Shown: one piece after another, positions 9,770 to 18,539 of the stretch | How positions within the stretch are numbered: position 1 is the first letter of the stretch | How the letters are laid out: every line of letters starts with the position of its first letter | Source: an uncultured delta proteobacterium | GTDB lineage: Bacteria; Desulfobacterota; Binatia; Binatales; Binataceae | Length of the DNA: 64,000 nucleotides | Reading direction: 5' to 3' | Assembly: GCA_963811865.1 (NCBI GenBank) | Contig: CAWESZ010000003.1 | Location: 359,779-423,778 of the forward strand | The notes under the pieces: generated by a model | Told to the model about the DNA's origin: nothing | The model's database searches: none | The model's input: the letters and a program-made list of their open reading frames with translations, nothing else | Program-made: the position numbers and the translations under genes

Positions 9770-10804
9770 CTACAGCGCCAGCCCCATCTTCTGAAAAAAA
9801 TCGAGGTAGCGCTCGAGGGTCTCGATCGTGTCCCAATGCGCCTCGAAGTACTCTCGGGGACGATACGAGTCGCGGCGTTCGAGCACAAAGCTCATCGTTT
9901 CCCGGAATTTTTCCGGTGATGCAAACTCCCCGGTAACACCCGGCTGCACCAGATGCTTGCCGCCGGCGATATTCTCATTGACGACGATCGGCAAACCGGC
10001 GGCGACGCACTCCCACATCGCAGCCGGATTCGAGGTGCGATCCCCTGGATATACCGCGATTCGGGAAGTTCTGAGCAAGTCTACAACGTCTCGCTCATCC
10101 CACTTGCTGGTAGTTACTTTGGTACCAACCAGGTTAAGCAGCGAGCCGTCGACCGGGTGCAAATGTCCGGTCGTTTCGGTACCCCGAACCGAATCGAGCA
10201 GCAAGTCATGGCGCTTACCCGAATAGGCACTGGCCAGATAAATGAAATCACGTTCCGGCCGGCATTCGGCCGGACAGATTTTCGCGGTATTCACTACCGG
10301 AACGTAAAGCATCGAGCGGGCGTCGAGAGTGTCGGCGGAGTCTACCAGGAAACACTCGGCGTCGAAGTTGCCGACGACGGACTTGCCGTGACGCAGAGCC
10401 GGCACGCTGACCCGGAAAGACTTCCCGGCCAGAGCTTCGAGCATCGGTTGGCCTACCGGTCCGTGGTTGACGAACAGGTCCGGGTAACCGAAGCGCCGCA
10501 GATAGCAGGCGAGATCGTCCTGATTCTGGAATGAGACTCGCTTCACGCCGCCGGGATGGTAGCCGCTCCAGCGATCGGCGCGGTAGTCCCAGAATTCGAC
10601 CTCCTCGGCGAGGCCGCGGTCCAACATGAAGCCGCCCAGCGCGAAAATATGAAAGCCCCAGTCATGGGCCTGCTCAAACAAGGCCACGCGCGGCGGCGGC
10701 GCCGGCCTCTCATAGCGCGCCCAGTAGGCCTCGAAATCGCACGTCCCCGGCACGGGCTTTGAGAAGTTTGCGATCGCGACTCTCAAGGCTTGGACACCAG
10801 CCAA
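9770..10804 (-). CDS. glycosyltransferase family 1 (GT4-like)
   Basis: 344 aa. C-terminal SNPAAMWECVAAGLPIVVNENIAGGKHLV is the GT1 E..G...EAMA.G.PVV signature. Confidence 0.7.
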   Translation of the reverse strand: MAGVQALRVAIANFSKPVPGTCDFEAYWARYERPAPPPRVALFEQAHDWGFHIFALGGFMLDRGLAEEVEFWDYRADRWSGYHPGGVKRVSFQNQDDLACYLRRFGYPDLFVNHGPVGQPMLEALAGKSFRVSVPALRHGKSVVGNFDAECFLVDSADTLDARSMLYVPVVNTAKICPAECRPERDFIYLASAYSGKRHDLLLDSVRGTETTGHLHPVDGSLLNLVGTKVTTSKWDERDVVDLLRTSRIAVYPGDRTSNPAAMWECVAAGLPIVVNENIAGGKHLVQPGVTGEFASPEKFRETMSFVLERRDSYRPREYFEAHWDTIETLERYLDFFQKMGLAL

Positions 10805-10894
10805 TCTTTTGATTTTTCGGCAATTCAGGCGCTAGCGCAAGGACTCAACCGCGACGGCGCCTTCCCTTGTCGCATACCGGTAGCGGACGCCATA

Positions 10895-12571
10895 ATGCAA
10901 CGGGGACCGCAGGGTCCCACCGGAGGAGAGCGGGGATTGACGACTGCCGCACATACGCCGCCCGAGCTCACAGGCGCCGGCTTTGGATCGATCGCCCCTT
11001 CGAACCACTCGCGGCACGGCGCCAGTCGGCAAGCGACGCCTGACCGGCGTCTGCGAGACCTCGTCATCCGGACATCACCGTATCCTCCGTTCCGATGGGC
11101 GTACGCGTCGGTCTACGCCGCAGTACTGGCCTGGGTTGCCCTGCGGCTGCGACGGACACCGCAGATCCGCACAGTGGAGTTGAAGCTTCCCGTCAAGGGC
11201 CACTGCTTCGGCAGTAGCGACCTTGATCTTCGGGTCGAAACCGTCCCGCTCGACACCGCTGCGTTCTTCGAGCTGTGCGAATCGCTCGCGCCCTTTCTGC
11301 TACCTGCCGGTTCGTGGCGCAGGATGATCGATCTGCGCCTTTTCTCCGAACCGGAACTGCGATTGAAACGGGCGTTGGAGTCGCAGTATTTTTCAACCGC
11401 CCGGCGCGTGCGCATTATCGGTCCACAGCCACGGCCGGCGCCGGTCCTTCGCCCGACGCCCTTCGAGCCTCTCGGGCGCGTCATGTACAACTTCACCGCG
11501 CTCTGCCGGGAGGTTTTCCAGGGCCGGCTGGATGCTCATTGCATGCGGCTCGTGGGCCGGGGAATTCTGGGGATCGACAACGAACTGCAGGCTCATCCTG
11601 GGATGCTGGCGAAAGTGGCCCCGGGACTGCGCGCTAGAGGGCTGCGGATCGCCCGCGCTCTCGCGCGAGGTGGCCGGGCGAACGCAACCTTTGATGAAGT
11701 CGCATCCGCTTTCCTGCTGGCGCAGGACGAAGCCGCTGCGCTGTGCGAACTCGCTCGAGATCCAGCCCCGGACGGTGGCCAGAGGCTGTCGCCGGTGGCT
11801 GAAGGCATCGCGCCCGACACGCTGGACCGCGCCATCCATGCCTGCCAGCCCGCGATCGTGGAACTCTGCCGCGCGCAGGCAGACGCGGTGCAAAGTGTAA
11901 TACTCGGCGCCGATCCGGGCTGTCGCTATGAGTATCGAATCTACTTCATTCTCCGCGATGAACTCCCGTTCGCACGCCGACTGGAAGCCTCCAGAGCCCT
12001 GCGCGAGTTATTTGCCGGTCCGGGCAGCTACAACCGGATTCGCACCGACTACTTCCGGCTCCGCTCTCCGATCGTCCTGACGCTTCCGATGTGGCGGGCG
12101 GCCGGTCGCTGGTATCACCTGCTGAGAACGGCCGAGGAATATTACTTCCTCAAGCGGCGTGGGGCCGTGATCTTCGGCGCTGACTTTCGAGATCAACTCA
12201 GCCCGCCGACGCGTGCAGACGCCATGCGAAGCGCAGCAGTCGCAGTCTCGGATCTGCGCAACATAATCTGGCAGAGCGTCCATGATCGCCAATCCGCGCG
12301 GCTCGCGGACGTACTGCTGGGCCGGATTCCGGCGCTGTGGCTGCTGCTCTCGCAGGCCATCGTGGCGACCTCGCCCGGCGAAGCATTGGCCGCGGGTCGC
12401 GCGAGCGGCTTTCCACATGCGGCGGTCGTGGCGGAACTCGACCGGCGGATCGGCGGCCGGCCGCCGCGCGAACTTCCCGAGCCCACTGATCCGGTCTGGC
12501 AGCCCGCCCTGAAGGTCCTCGACGAATGGCTCGGCGACCTGCTGGAGATGGCGCTATATCAGTTGAACTGA
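10895..12571 (+). CDS. nucleotidyltransferase-domain protein with large C-terminal region of unknown function
   Basis: ORF-track 10790..12571; start moved to the first internal ATG because 10790 would overlap the divergent GT1 start. CFGSSDLDLRVETV fits the pol-beta-type NTase GS-x(n)-DxD motif. Start remains uncertain. Confidence 0.45.
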   Translation: MQRGPQGPTGGERGLTTAAHTPPELTGAGFGSIAPSNHSRHGASRQATPDRRLRDLVIRTSPYPPFRWAYASVYAAVLAWVALRLRRTPQIRTVELKLPVKGHCFGSSDLDLRVETVPLDTAAFFELCESLAPFLLPAGSWRRMIDLRLFSEPELRLKRALESQYFSTARRVRIIGPQPRPAPVLRPTPFEPLGRVMYNFTALCREVFQGRLDAHCMRLVGRGILGIDNELQAHPGMLAKVAPGLRARGLRIARALARGGRANATFDEVASAFLLAQDEAAALCELARDPAPDGGQRLSPVAEGIAPDTLDRAIHACQPAIVELCRAQADAVQSVILGADPGCRYEYRIYFILRDELPFARRLEASRALRELFAGPGSYNRIRTDYFRLRSPIVLTLPMWRAAGRWYHLLRTAEEYYFLKRRGAVIFGADFRDQLSPPTRADAMRSAAVAVSDLRNIIWQSVHDRQSARLADVLLGRIPALWLLLSQAIVATSPGEALAAGRASGFPHAAVVAELDRRIGGRPPRELPEPTDPVWQPALKVLDEWLGDLLEMALYQLN

Positions 12572-12662
12572 GCCTGGAAAATCCCTGGCGCGAGCGCGAT
12601 CGGCCGGCTTCCGATCGACCCTCCTCCCGGAATTGATTTGCTACTTATAGATAAATTTCCGG

Positions 12663-12690
12663 TTGACACTACCATTGCCGCTGGGCTAAT
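12663..12690 (+). promoter_or_regulatory. putative sigma70-type promoter (TTGACA - 16 nt - GCTAAT) preceded by an AT-rich tract
   Basis: TTGACA at 12663-12668 and GCTAAT at 12685-12690 in the only AT-rich patch of this intergenic region. Would favour the internal ATG at 12735 as translation start of the downstream mini-protein. Confidence 0.3.
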
Positions 12691-12701
12691 CCCCGATTCA
12701 G

Positions 12702-12992
12702 ATGGTCAAGGTTCCGAGGGTTCCCTGGGACCGCATGCGCAGCGGAGAAAGAAAGTTGTTTTTATCAAAACGAGTTTGGCTGGGGCTTTTTGGGCTCAGC
12801 ACCTGCGTAGTCTTGCTGCTGACGTGCTCGAATGCCGCTTTCGCGTGGTCGTGGTGGTGGTGGATCCCGCCGCAATCGACGCCGGCTCCGGTGCAGGCGC
12901 CTGAAATCGACCCGATGGCGGCGGTAAGCGGGTTGATGCTGTGCGCGGGCAGCGCGCTGATCTTGCTCGAGCGCTATCGCAAGCGAAAATGA
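12702..12992 (+). CDS. VPEID-CTERM sorting-signal mini-protein, cognate cargo of exosortase E
   Basis: 96 aa (or 85 aa from ATG 12735). Signal peptide RVWLGLFGLSTCVVLLLTCSNAAFA. Mature segment WSWWWWIPPQSTPAPVQ. C-terminal APEIDPMAAVSGLMLCAGSALILLERYRKRK = PEID motif + TM helix + basic tail, as in the VPEID-CTERM variant of PEP-CTERM. Confidence 0.6.
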   Translation: MVKVPRVPWDRMRSGERKLFLSKRVWLGLFGLSTCVVLLLTCSNAAFAWSWWWWIPPQSTPAPVQAPEIDPMAAVSGLMLCAGSALILLERYRKRK

Positions 12993-13049
12993 CGTTCGCC
13001 TGAATCCGGTGCGCGGCGGCAACTGAAGACTGGCGTCAGCGCCGATAGC

Positions 13050-14693
13050 TTGTCCGCTCCGGAACGCGCTCTCCTCGAAATCCCCTACTTCACGCGTTGG
13101 CTCGTCCGCTTCAGCGCTCTGCTGCTGTTGCTGGGCTTCGAGTTGGTCGCGCTCACGCTCCCGTTCGATACCCAGGCGATACCGGGTCGGACCAGCGCCT
13201 ACCTCGCGGCGTTGCTCGCCGTGATCGACGGGGCGCGACCGGTCTTCATCACCGCAATTGTGGCCGCGATCTTTCTCAGCCGGCCAGTGCTCCGCGACGA
13301 ACTGCGCCGCGTGCTGGAAGACCCGCAACAGAGCGGCGGAGCACGCGCCCTGGTCTGGTTCGGAGCTCATCTGGCGCCGCTCACGGTGATGGCTTTGGCC
13401 ACGGTGCACAGAGGGAGCACCCGGATTCCATCGGCCTCCGGCGCCGAGGGCTACACGCTGTTTTACCTCCTCATACTGGCGCCGGCGGCACTGGTCACGT
13501 GGGCCCTGGCGGCGCTTCCGGGCCGATTCTGGATCCGCTGGATTCGCCGCAGCCGCGCGGCATTTCTGGCCGGCGCCGCCTTTGGCTGGGCGGCGTATCT
13601 GCTGGGTTCATACGTGCAGGGCCTGTGGCGGCCGGTGCAGCGCGGAACCTTCGCGATGGTCAGCCTGGTGTTGCGGATGCTCGGCGCGCCCGTGATCGTC
13701 CATCCGGATCAGTTCATTATCGGCACCCCGACATTCCTGGCGCGAATCGGCCCGGACTGTTCGGGCTTGGAGGGAATTGCGCTGATCGGAGCTTTTCTTG
13801 CGCTCTATCTATGGTTCTACCGGCGCGAGCTGCGGTTTCCGCAGGCCCTGCTCCTGATCCCGGCCGGCGCCGCGGCAATGTGGCTTCTGAACGTGGTCCG
13901 GATCGCGGCCCTGATTCTGATCGGAACATGGGACGCCGGCGCAGCCATGCGGGGTTTTCATTCGGTCGCGGGATGGCTGTTCTTCAATCTGGTTGCTTGC
14001 GGTCTGATTTGGGCAAGCCGGCGCCTGGGCCTGTTCGCGGCCATGCCGCATAGCGCGCCGCGCCCGGCTCCGGCGGCCGCGTACCTGGCGCCGATGCTCG
14101 CGATTATCGCCACCTCGATGTTCACGGTGGCGTTCTCGAACGGTTTCGAGCTGTTCTATGGGCTGCGGGTGATAGTCGCGGCCGCCGCGCTGTGGCTCTA
14201 TCGCGCGGAACTCCGCGCGATATGTTCGAAGCCTTCGTGGTTTGCGCTTTTGCCGGGCGTCCTGGTCTTTGCTCTGTGGATCGCCTTGACGCCGGACAGC
14301 GCCGCGGCCGATGCCGGCTTCGACCGGGCCTTGCGCGGTCTGCCCGCCCTCGGAGCGGCGCTCTGGCTGCTCCTGCGGGTGGCCGGCGCCGTGGCGACGG
14401 TCCCGATCGCGGAGGAACTCGTCTTTCGCGGCTACGCGACCCGCAAGCTGATCGCTTCCGAGTTCGAGACGGTGCCGCTGGGCCGCTTCACCTGGCTCTC
14501 GTTTCTGGGCTCGTCGATCCTGTTCGGCGCAATGAATCGCCAATGGGTGGCGGGCACCGCGGCGGGCATGATCTTCGCGATCGTCCTCTATCGCCGCGGC
14601 GCGCTTTCCGACGCGGTGCTGGCCCACGCCACCAGCAACGGCCTGCTCTCCGCATACGTGCTCTCGCTCCACAAGTGGTCGCTGTGGGGCTGA
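13050..14693 (+). CDS. xrtE: exosortase E / CPBP-family intramembrane protease fusion (XrtE)
   Basis: 547-aa polytopic ORF. Exosortase active-site block RIGPDCSGLEGIALIGAF in the N-terminal part. C-terminal CPBP motifs EELVFRG and LAHATSNGL. The fusion architecture defines exosortase E. Confidence 0.75.
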   Translation: MSAPERALLEIPYFTRWLVRFSALLLLLGFELVALTLPFDTQAIPGRTSAYLAALLAVIDGARPVFITAIVAAIFLSRPVLRDELRRVLEDPQQSGGARALVWFGAHLAPLTVMALATVHRGSTRIPSASGAEGYTLFYLLILAPAALVTWALAALPGRFWIRWIRRSRAAFLAGAAFGWAAYLLGSYVQGLWRPVQRGTFAMVSLVLRMLGAPVIVHPDQFIIGTPTFLARIGPDCSGLEGIALIGAFLALYLWFYRRELRFPQALLLIPAGAAAMWLLNVVRIAALILIGTWDAGAAMRGFHSVAGWLFFNLVACGLIWASRRLGLFAAMPHSAPRPAPAAAYLAPMLAIIATSMFTVAFSNGFELFYGLRVIVAAAALWLYRAELRAICSKPSWFALLPGVLVFALWIALTPDSAAADAGFDRALRGLPALGAALWLLLRVAGAVATVPIAEELVFRGYATRKLIASEFETVPLGRFTWLSFLGSSILFGAMNRQWVAGTAAGMIFAIVLYRRGALSDAVLAHATSNGLLSAYVLSLHKWSLWG

Positions 14694-14727
14694 GGCTCGA
14701 CCGCATCTGGATGACGCGGTCGATCAT

Positions 14728-15678
14728 TCAGCGCTTGTCGGCCAGCCGTTTGAAGGGCTTGCGCAGCAGTATTGCGCCGCGGATCGCGTTGGCCTTGATC
14801 TGATCGCGGATCGCCGAACGGCCCGGCGGCGCGGGACTCATCCCCAGCTTGCGCAGATAATAGTTGGCCTTATATTTATTCGCCGCCAGCATGTCGTCGA
14901 ATTGAAAATTGACGCTCAACGTGATCGACGGGCCATCGCCGTTGCGCACCCAGTGCGGCGCGTTGACCGGAACGTGAACCCCGTCACCCGGCTCCAGCTC
15001 AAAGACCCGCGCGCGATCCTGATAGTGCGCCTTGTATTTCGCGGCGTTGTTATCGACCGCCCAGAATCTCTCCAGTTCCTGTTCGGGCAGCACCTCGCGA
15101 TCGTTTTGATCGAAGATATAGACGGTTTTCCGTCCCTGAATCTGGAGGATAAAATTGCACTCCCGATCGATGTGATAAGTCGTGACGCGCTGCGGCGAAG
15201 TGATAAACACAATCGCATTGCGAACCCGGACCCGATCCCGATACGGCCCGAACCCGAGTTCACTCAGCTCGCTCATGCAGGCGTCGAGCAGCACGCGGTA
15301 GTCGGGATCGAGTTCCGCGCGCCGCAATATAATCCAGGCTCTGGCCGCTGAGATGTCGGCGATTATCTGATCGACGGTCTGGGCCGGGCGCGGCGTCTCG
15401 TCCCAGCGCTGGTCGACCCGGTTCACGCCGACGTCGTAGTAAACCTCACCCGGGAGTTGCGCCAGGCTGCGCGCCAGCTCGATCAGCCGCCGCATCCGCA
15501 TCAGCGGGTTTTCGACCAGACTGTGATGCAGTCGGAACGGGCGCTGATTGAAGTCGCGGTGGAAGACTTCGGGATCGGCCTCGATCAGTCTGCGGGATGA
15601 AGGGCCGTGATTACCGGCCGCGGCTGGTGCTGCTTTCGAGATCGCCATACCTGACCCGCGATAGTCATTTCGGCACAT
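14728..15678 (-). CDS. JmjC/cupin-8 family 2-oxoglutarate/Fe(II)-dependent oxygenase-like protein
   Basis: 316 aa (alternative start ATG 15648). HIDRECNFILQIQGRKTVYIF ... GDGVHVPVNAPHWV gives the HxD...H facial triad spacing on a double-stranded beta-helix, as in JmjC/cupin hydroxylases. Confidence 0.5.
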   Translation of the reverse strand: MCRNDYRGSGMAISKAAPAAAGNHGPSSRRLIEADPEVFHRDFNQRPFRLHHSLVENPLMRMRRLIELARSLAQLPGEVYYDVGVNRVDQRWDETPRPAQTVDQIIADISAARAWIILRRAELDPDYRVLLDACMSELSELGFGPYRDRVRVRNAIVFITSPQRVTTYHIDRECNFILQIQGRKTVYIFDQNDREVLPEQELERFWAVDNNAAKYKAHYQDRARVFELEPGDGVHVPVNAPHWVRNGDGPSITLSVNFQFDDMLAANKYKANYYLRKLGMSPAPPGRSAIRDQIKANAIRGAILLRKPFKRLADKR

Positions 15679-15746
15679 TCCAGATCGTTAAGGCAAGCGA
15701 AGACTGACCCTGAGTTACTGACTTTCAGGATGCGGCCGGACGCGGG

Positions 15747-18525
15747 CTACTGCGGAAAGGCGATCAGCGTGACGCTGCCGGTGGCGTTGCCGGCCTGGGT
15801 AGCGACGATCGGGCATACCTGACCCGAGACCAGCGTTCCAGCCGCCACGGTACTCGACGCCGTCCACGCGAAGTACTCAATTGAATTAACCGGCACGCTG
15901 ACGCCCGCGATGCTCAGGTTGGCCGGCCCTACGGTCGCGGTGGTCCTGCCCAGGTTCTGGAACTGGGCCGTGCAGTGGTAGACCAGCGCCCAGTTTTGCG
16001 CGCAACTCGAGGTTGTGAACTGGAACGGCGCGATCGGAACGATATTGGTCGTGGCTTGAGCGCTGACTGGAGCTAAGCCCTTCAAGACGTTGGTCAGAAC
16101 CGTCACCGAGCAATCGGGAGTTGCGACGGGGACAGGAGTTGCAGTCGCGGTCGCAGTCGGCTTCGGCGTCGGGCTGGGCGTTGGTGACGGGGTACGAGTC
16201 GGAGTTGCCGTCGCGGGCGCGGTTGGAGTTGGTGTCGCCGCTGGCGAGGGCGTCGGCGTGGGTGACGGAGTATGAGTTGGCGTTGGCGTCGCTGCGGGTG
16301 AAGGGGTCGGCGTAGGACTAGGCGATGGGCTGGCAGTCGGCGAGGACGTCGGTGAGGGAGTATGCGTTGGGGTTGGCGTCGCTGCCGGTGACGGAGTCGG
16401 CGTAGGACTCGGCGATGGGCTGGCAGTCGGCGAAGGCGTCGGCGTTGGTGACGGTGACGGAGTTTGAGTCGGGGTTGGCGTCGCTGCGGGTGAAGGGGTC
16501 GGCGTAGGACTCGGCGATGGACTGGTAGTCGGCGAGGGCGTCGGTGACGGAGTATGCGTTGGCGTTGGCGTCGCTGCGGCTGAAGGGGTCGGCGAAGGGG
16601 TCGGGGTTGGTGACGGAGTATGCGTCGGGGTCGGCGTGCTGGTCGGCGTCGGCGAGGGCGTTCGAGTCGGCGTGGGTGAAGGCGTCGGTGTTGGAGTCGG
16701 CGACGCCAGCCCTGCCTCGACGAACGCCGGGACGAAGTTCGCGATATCGACCGTGCCCCATCCGGTGGTCTGGTCGTAGCCAACTCCGGCCGTGTAACCC
16801 GGCACACCGTTGAAGGTGTTGCTGCCGGTGGTTACGTCGCGGAATCCCCCCGCCACAGGATTTCGAATTCGCCAGGCTGTAGAGCCTCGGGTCGAGATTG
16901 CCGACCCGTCCCAGGTTCTGCTGCTCCAGCAGTTTTGCGATCCCCGTCCAGATTGGCGCGCCCAGGCTGGTGCCGCCCCAACAGCAATCGATGACCGCGG
17001 TGCCGCCCGAATCATTGCCGAGGAAGACGCCGGGCAGGTCGGGGCTCGCAACCATTGCTACGTCCGGCACGTCGCGCTGGCCGTCGGCGGGAACGCCGGT
17101 GCCGGTTTGAAAGCTGGGCTTGGCGAAGACCTGGCTAACTCCACCGCCGCCGGCGAAGCTCGCTTCGCCCCAAGCACTTTCCGCTACGCTACCGGAATCG
17201 CTCCCGCCGGAATTGTAGATCGGACTGAATTCCGTTCCGCCCACGCCGGTGACATTCGGACTGGCGGCCAATTCGCTGACGTTGCGGCTGGTTCCGGACA
17301 CGCATTCGGTGCCCGCCGAGTTGAGCACGATGCCCGCGGCGCCCTGGTCACCCGAAGAGATGAAAACTGATTGTCCCTGGGCCGCGGCCTGCGCGAACAT
17401 CGAGTCCATCGATTGGTAGAAGGCGCTGCCACCGCCGCAGAAGCCGAAACTGATGTTGATGGCGCTGCACGCGTTGTCGCTGATCGCGCCGGCGATAGCG
17501 TCAGTTACTCCGGCCGAAATGTAGTAACGCTGGGCGGCGGACGGAGCGACGGCATGCGACCACTCGAGATCGAGCAGGGCTTCGGTCTCGTCGCCGTTGA
17601 TTCCGGGGTTCGAGCCGTCAGACAGGACCCGCGTGATATTCGAGGCCGGCAGACCGAACTGGGTGTCGAAGTCAGTAACCGCGGCGGTGAGGAAATCCGA
17701 CGCGCCGACAATCGCGATACAATCGCTGGTCCCGGTAATACCGTTGGTGAGCAGCGGATTCTCGTCGTAGAACGTGCGCAGATCGCTCGGCCCGAACGCG
17801 CGCGCGTTAGCGACGATCGTCTCCGGCACCGGGATCGCGCCGGGCAGCGACGGACTGTCCTGCGCTTGCGCCTGATCGAACGACTCGGCCAGCACCATCG
17901 CGGGCAACTCCGGAGCGCCAGTTGGCGCTGCCGGCAGCGGGTCGTGCCGATGCAGCAGCGGCATCGAATGTTGCAGGTTGTCGAGACCCTGAATCGAATC
18001 GATCAAGCCGGCGAATTCGGACGGAATCAGCGGATCGGTCAGGTTGGCGTAGGCGTGGCCGTCAGCGAAGGTAGCGATGCTGGTATGCAACTCCCGCTCG
18101 ACCATCCATTCCGGGCCGCTGAACTCCGCGTAGCGCCCTGCCTGGTTGGTCGACAGAATCTGGAAGCCTTTGAGCTTGAGCCATTCGGACACCACGTTGA
18201 TGTCCGAGGGGCGGGGGCCGAAACGATCCGCGAACTCGCCGGCCTGCAGCCAATGGTGGTAGTTCGGCGACTTGGGATCCTGCTGCTCCGCGAGCAATTT
18301 CTCGAGCGCTTGGCGGTTGCGCGTCGCGAACCGGATTCGCATCACGAGCGTCTGATCGGGATCGGCCCATCCCACCGGTCGCCACTTCTCGACCTCCGCG
18401 GGATGGTTACCTGCCAGCGGAACGGTCTGGGCGATCGCCGGGCCGGCGGCGATCAAGACTACCACCGCCGCCAGGAGGCGGATTCGTCCGAGCGCCCTCG
18501 GCCTCGCTTGCGGTGAGTTCTTCAC
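15747..18525 (-). pseudogene. secreted S53 (sedolisin/kumamolisin-type) peptidase with Pro/Thr linker and novel C-terminal domain; one frameshift in this assembly
   Basis: Joins ORF-track 16318..18786 (start trimmed to GTG 18525 giving signal peptide KNSPQARPRALGRIRLLAAVVVLIAAGPAIAQ) with 15747..17051. Pro-kumamolisin-type N-terminal region. Catalytic block [18 protein letters not shown]-terminal S53 block [35 protein letters not shown] is in the other frame. The frames meet at a C6/G6 homopolymer at 16846-16851. Confidence 0.7.
16150..16690 (-). repeat. tandem low-complexity repeats encoding the Pro/Thr/Ser linker (TPTPSPTPT...) of the S53 peptidase
   Basis: Near-perfect 6-9 nt periodic CC(G/T)AC(A/T) repeats. 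They generate spurious long ORFs in the other frames and strand (16090..16275, 16103..16807, 16121..16315). Confidence 0.7.
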
Positions 18526-18539
18526 ACTGAAGCCTCGGA

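Noticed and set aside
13097-14672. Alternate-frame and antisense ORFs (318 aa, 287 aa) inside xrtE
   Set aside because: Shadow ORFs. xrtE frame has conserved exosortase and CPBP motifs and coherent TM topology.
16090-16807. Long ORFs (RRP.., GVGVAV..) and highly periodic DNA at 16.1-16.8 kb and 52.2-52.5 kb that could be mistaken for a CRISPR array or tandem-repeat element
   Set aside because: Periodicity is 6-9 nt with no unique spacers. The correct frames encode (T/S-P)n linkers joining recognisable domains of secreted proteins.
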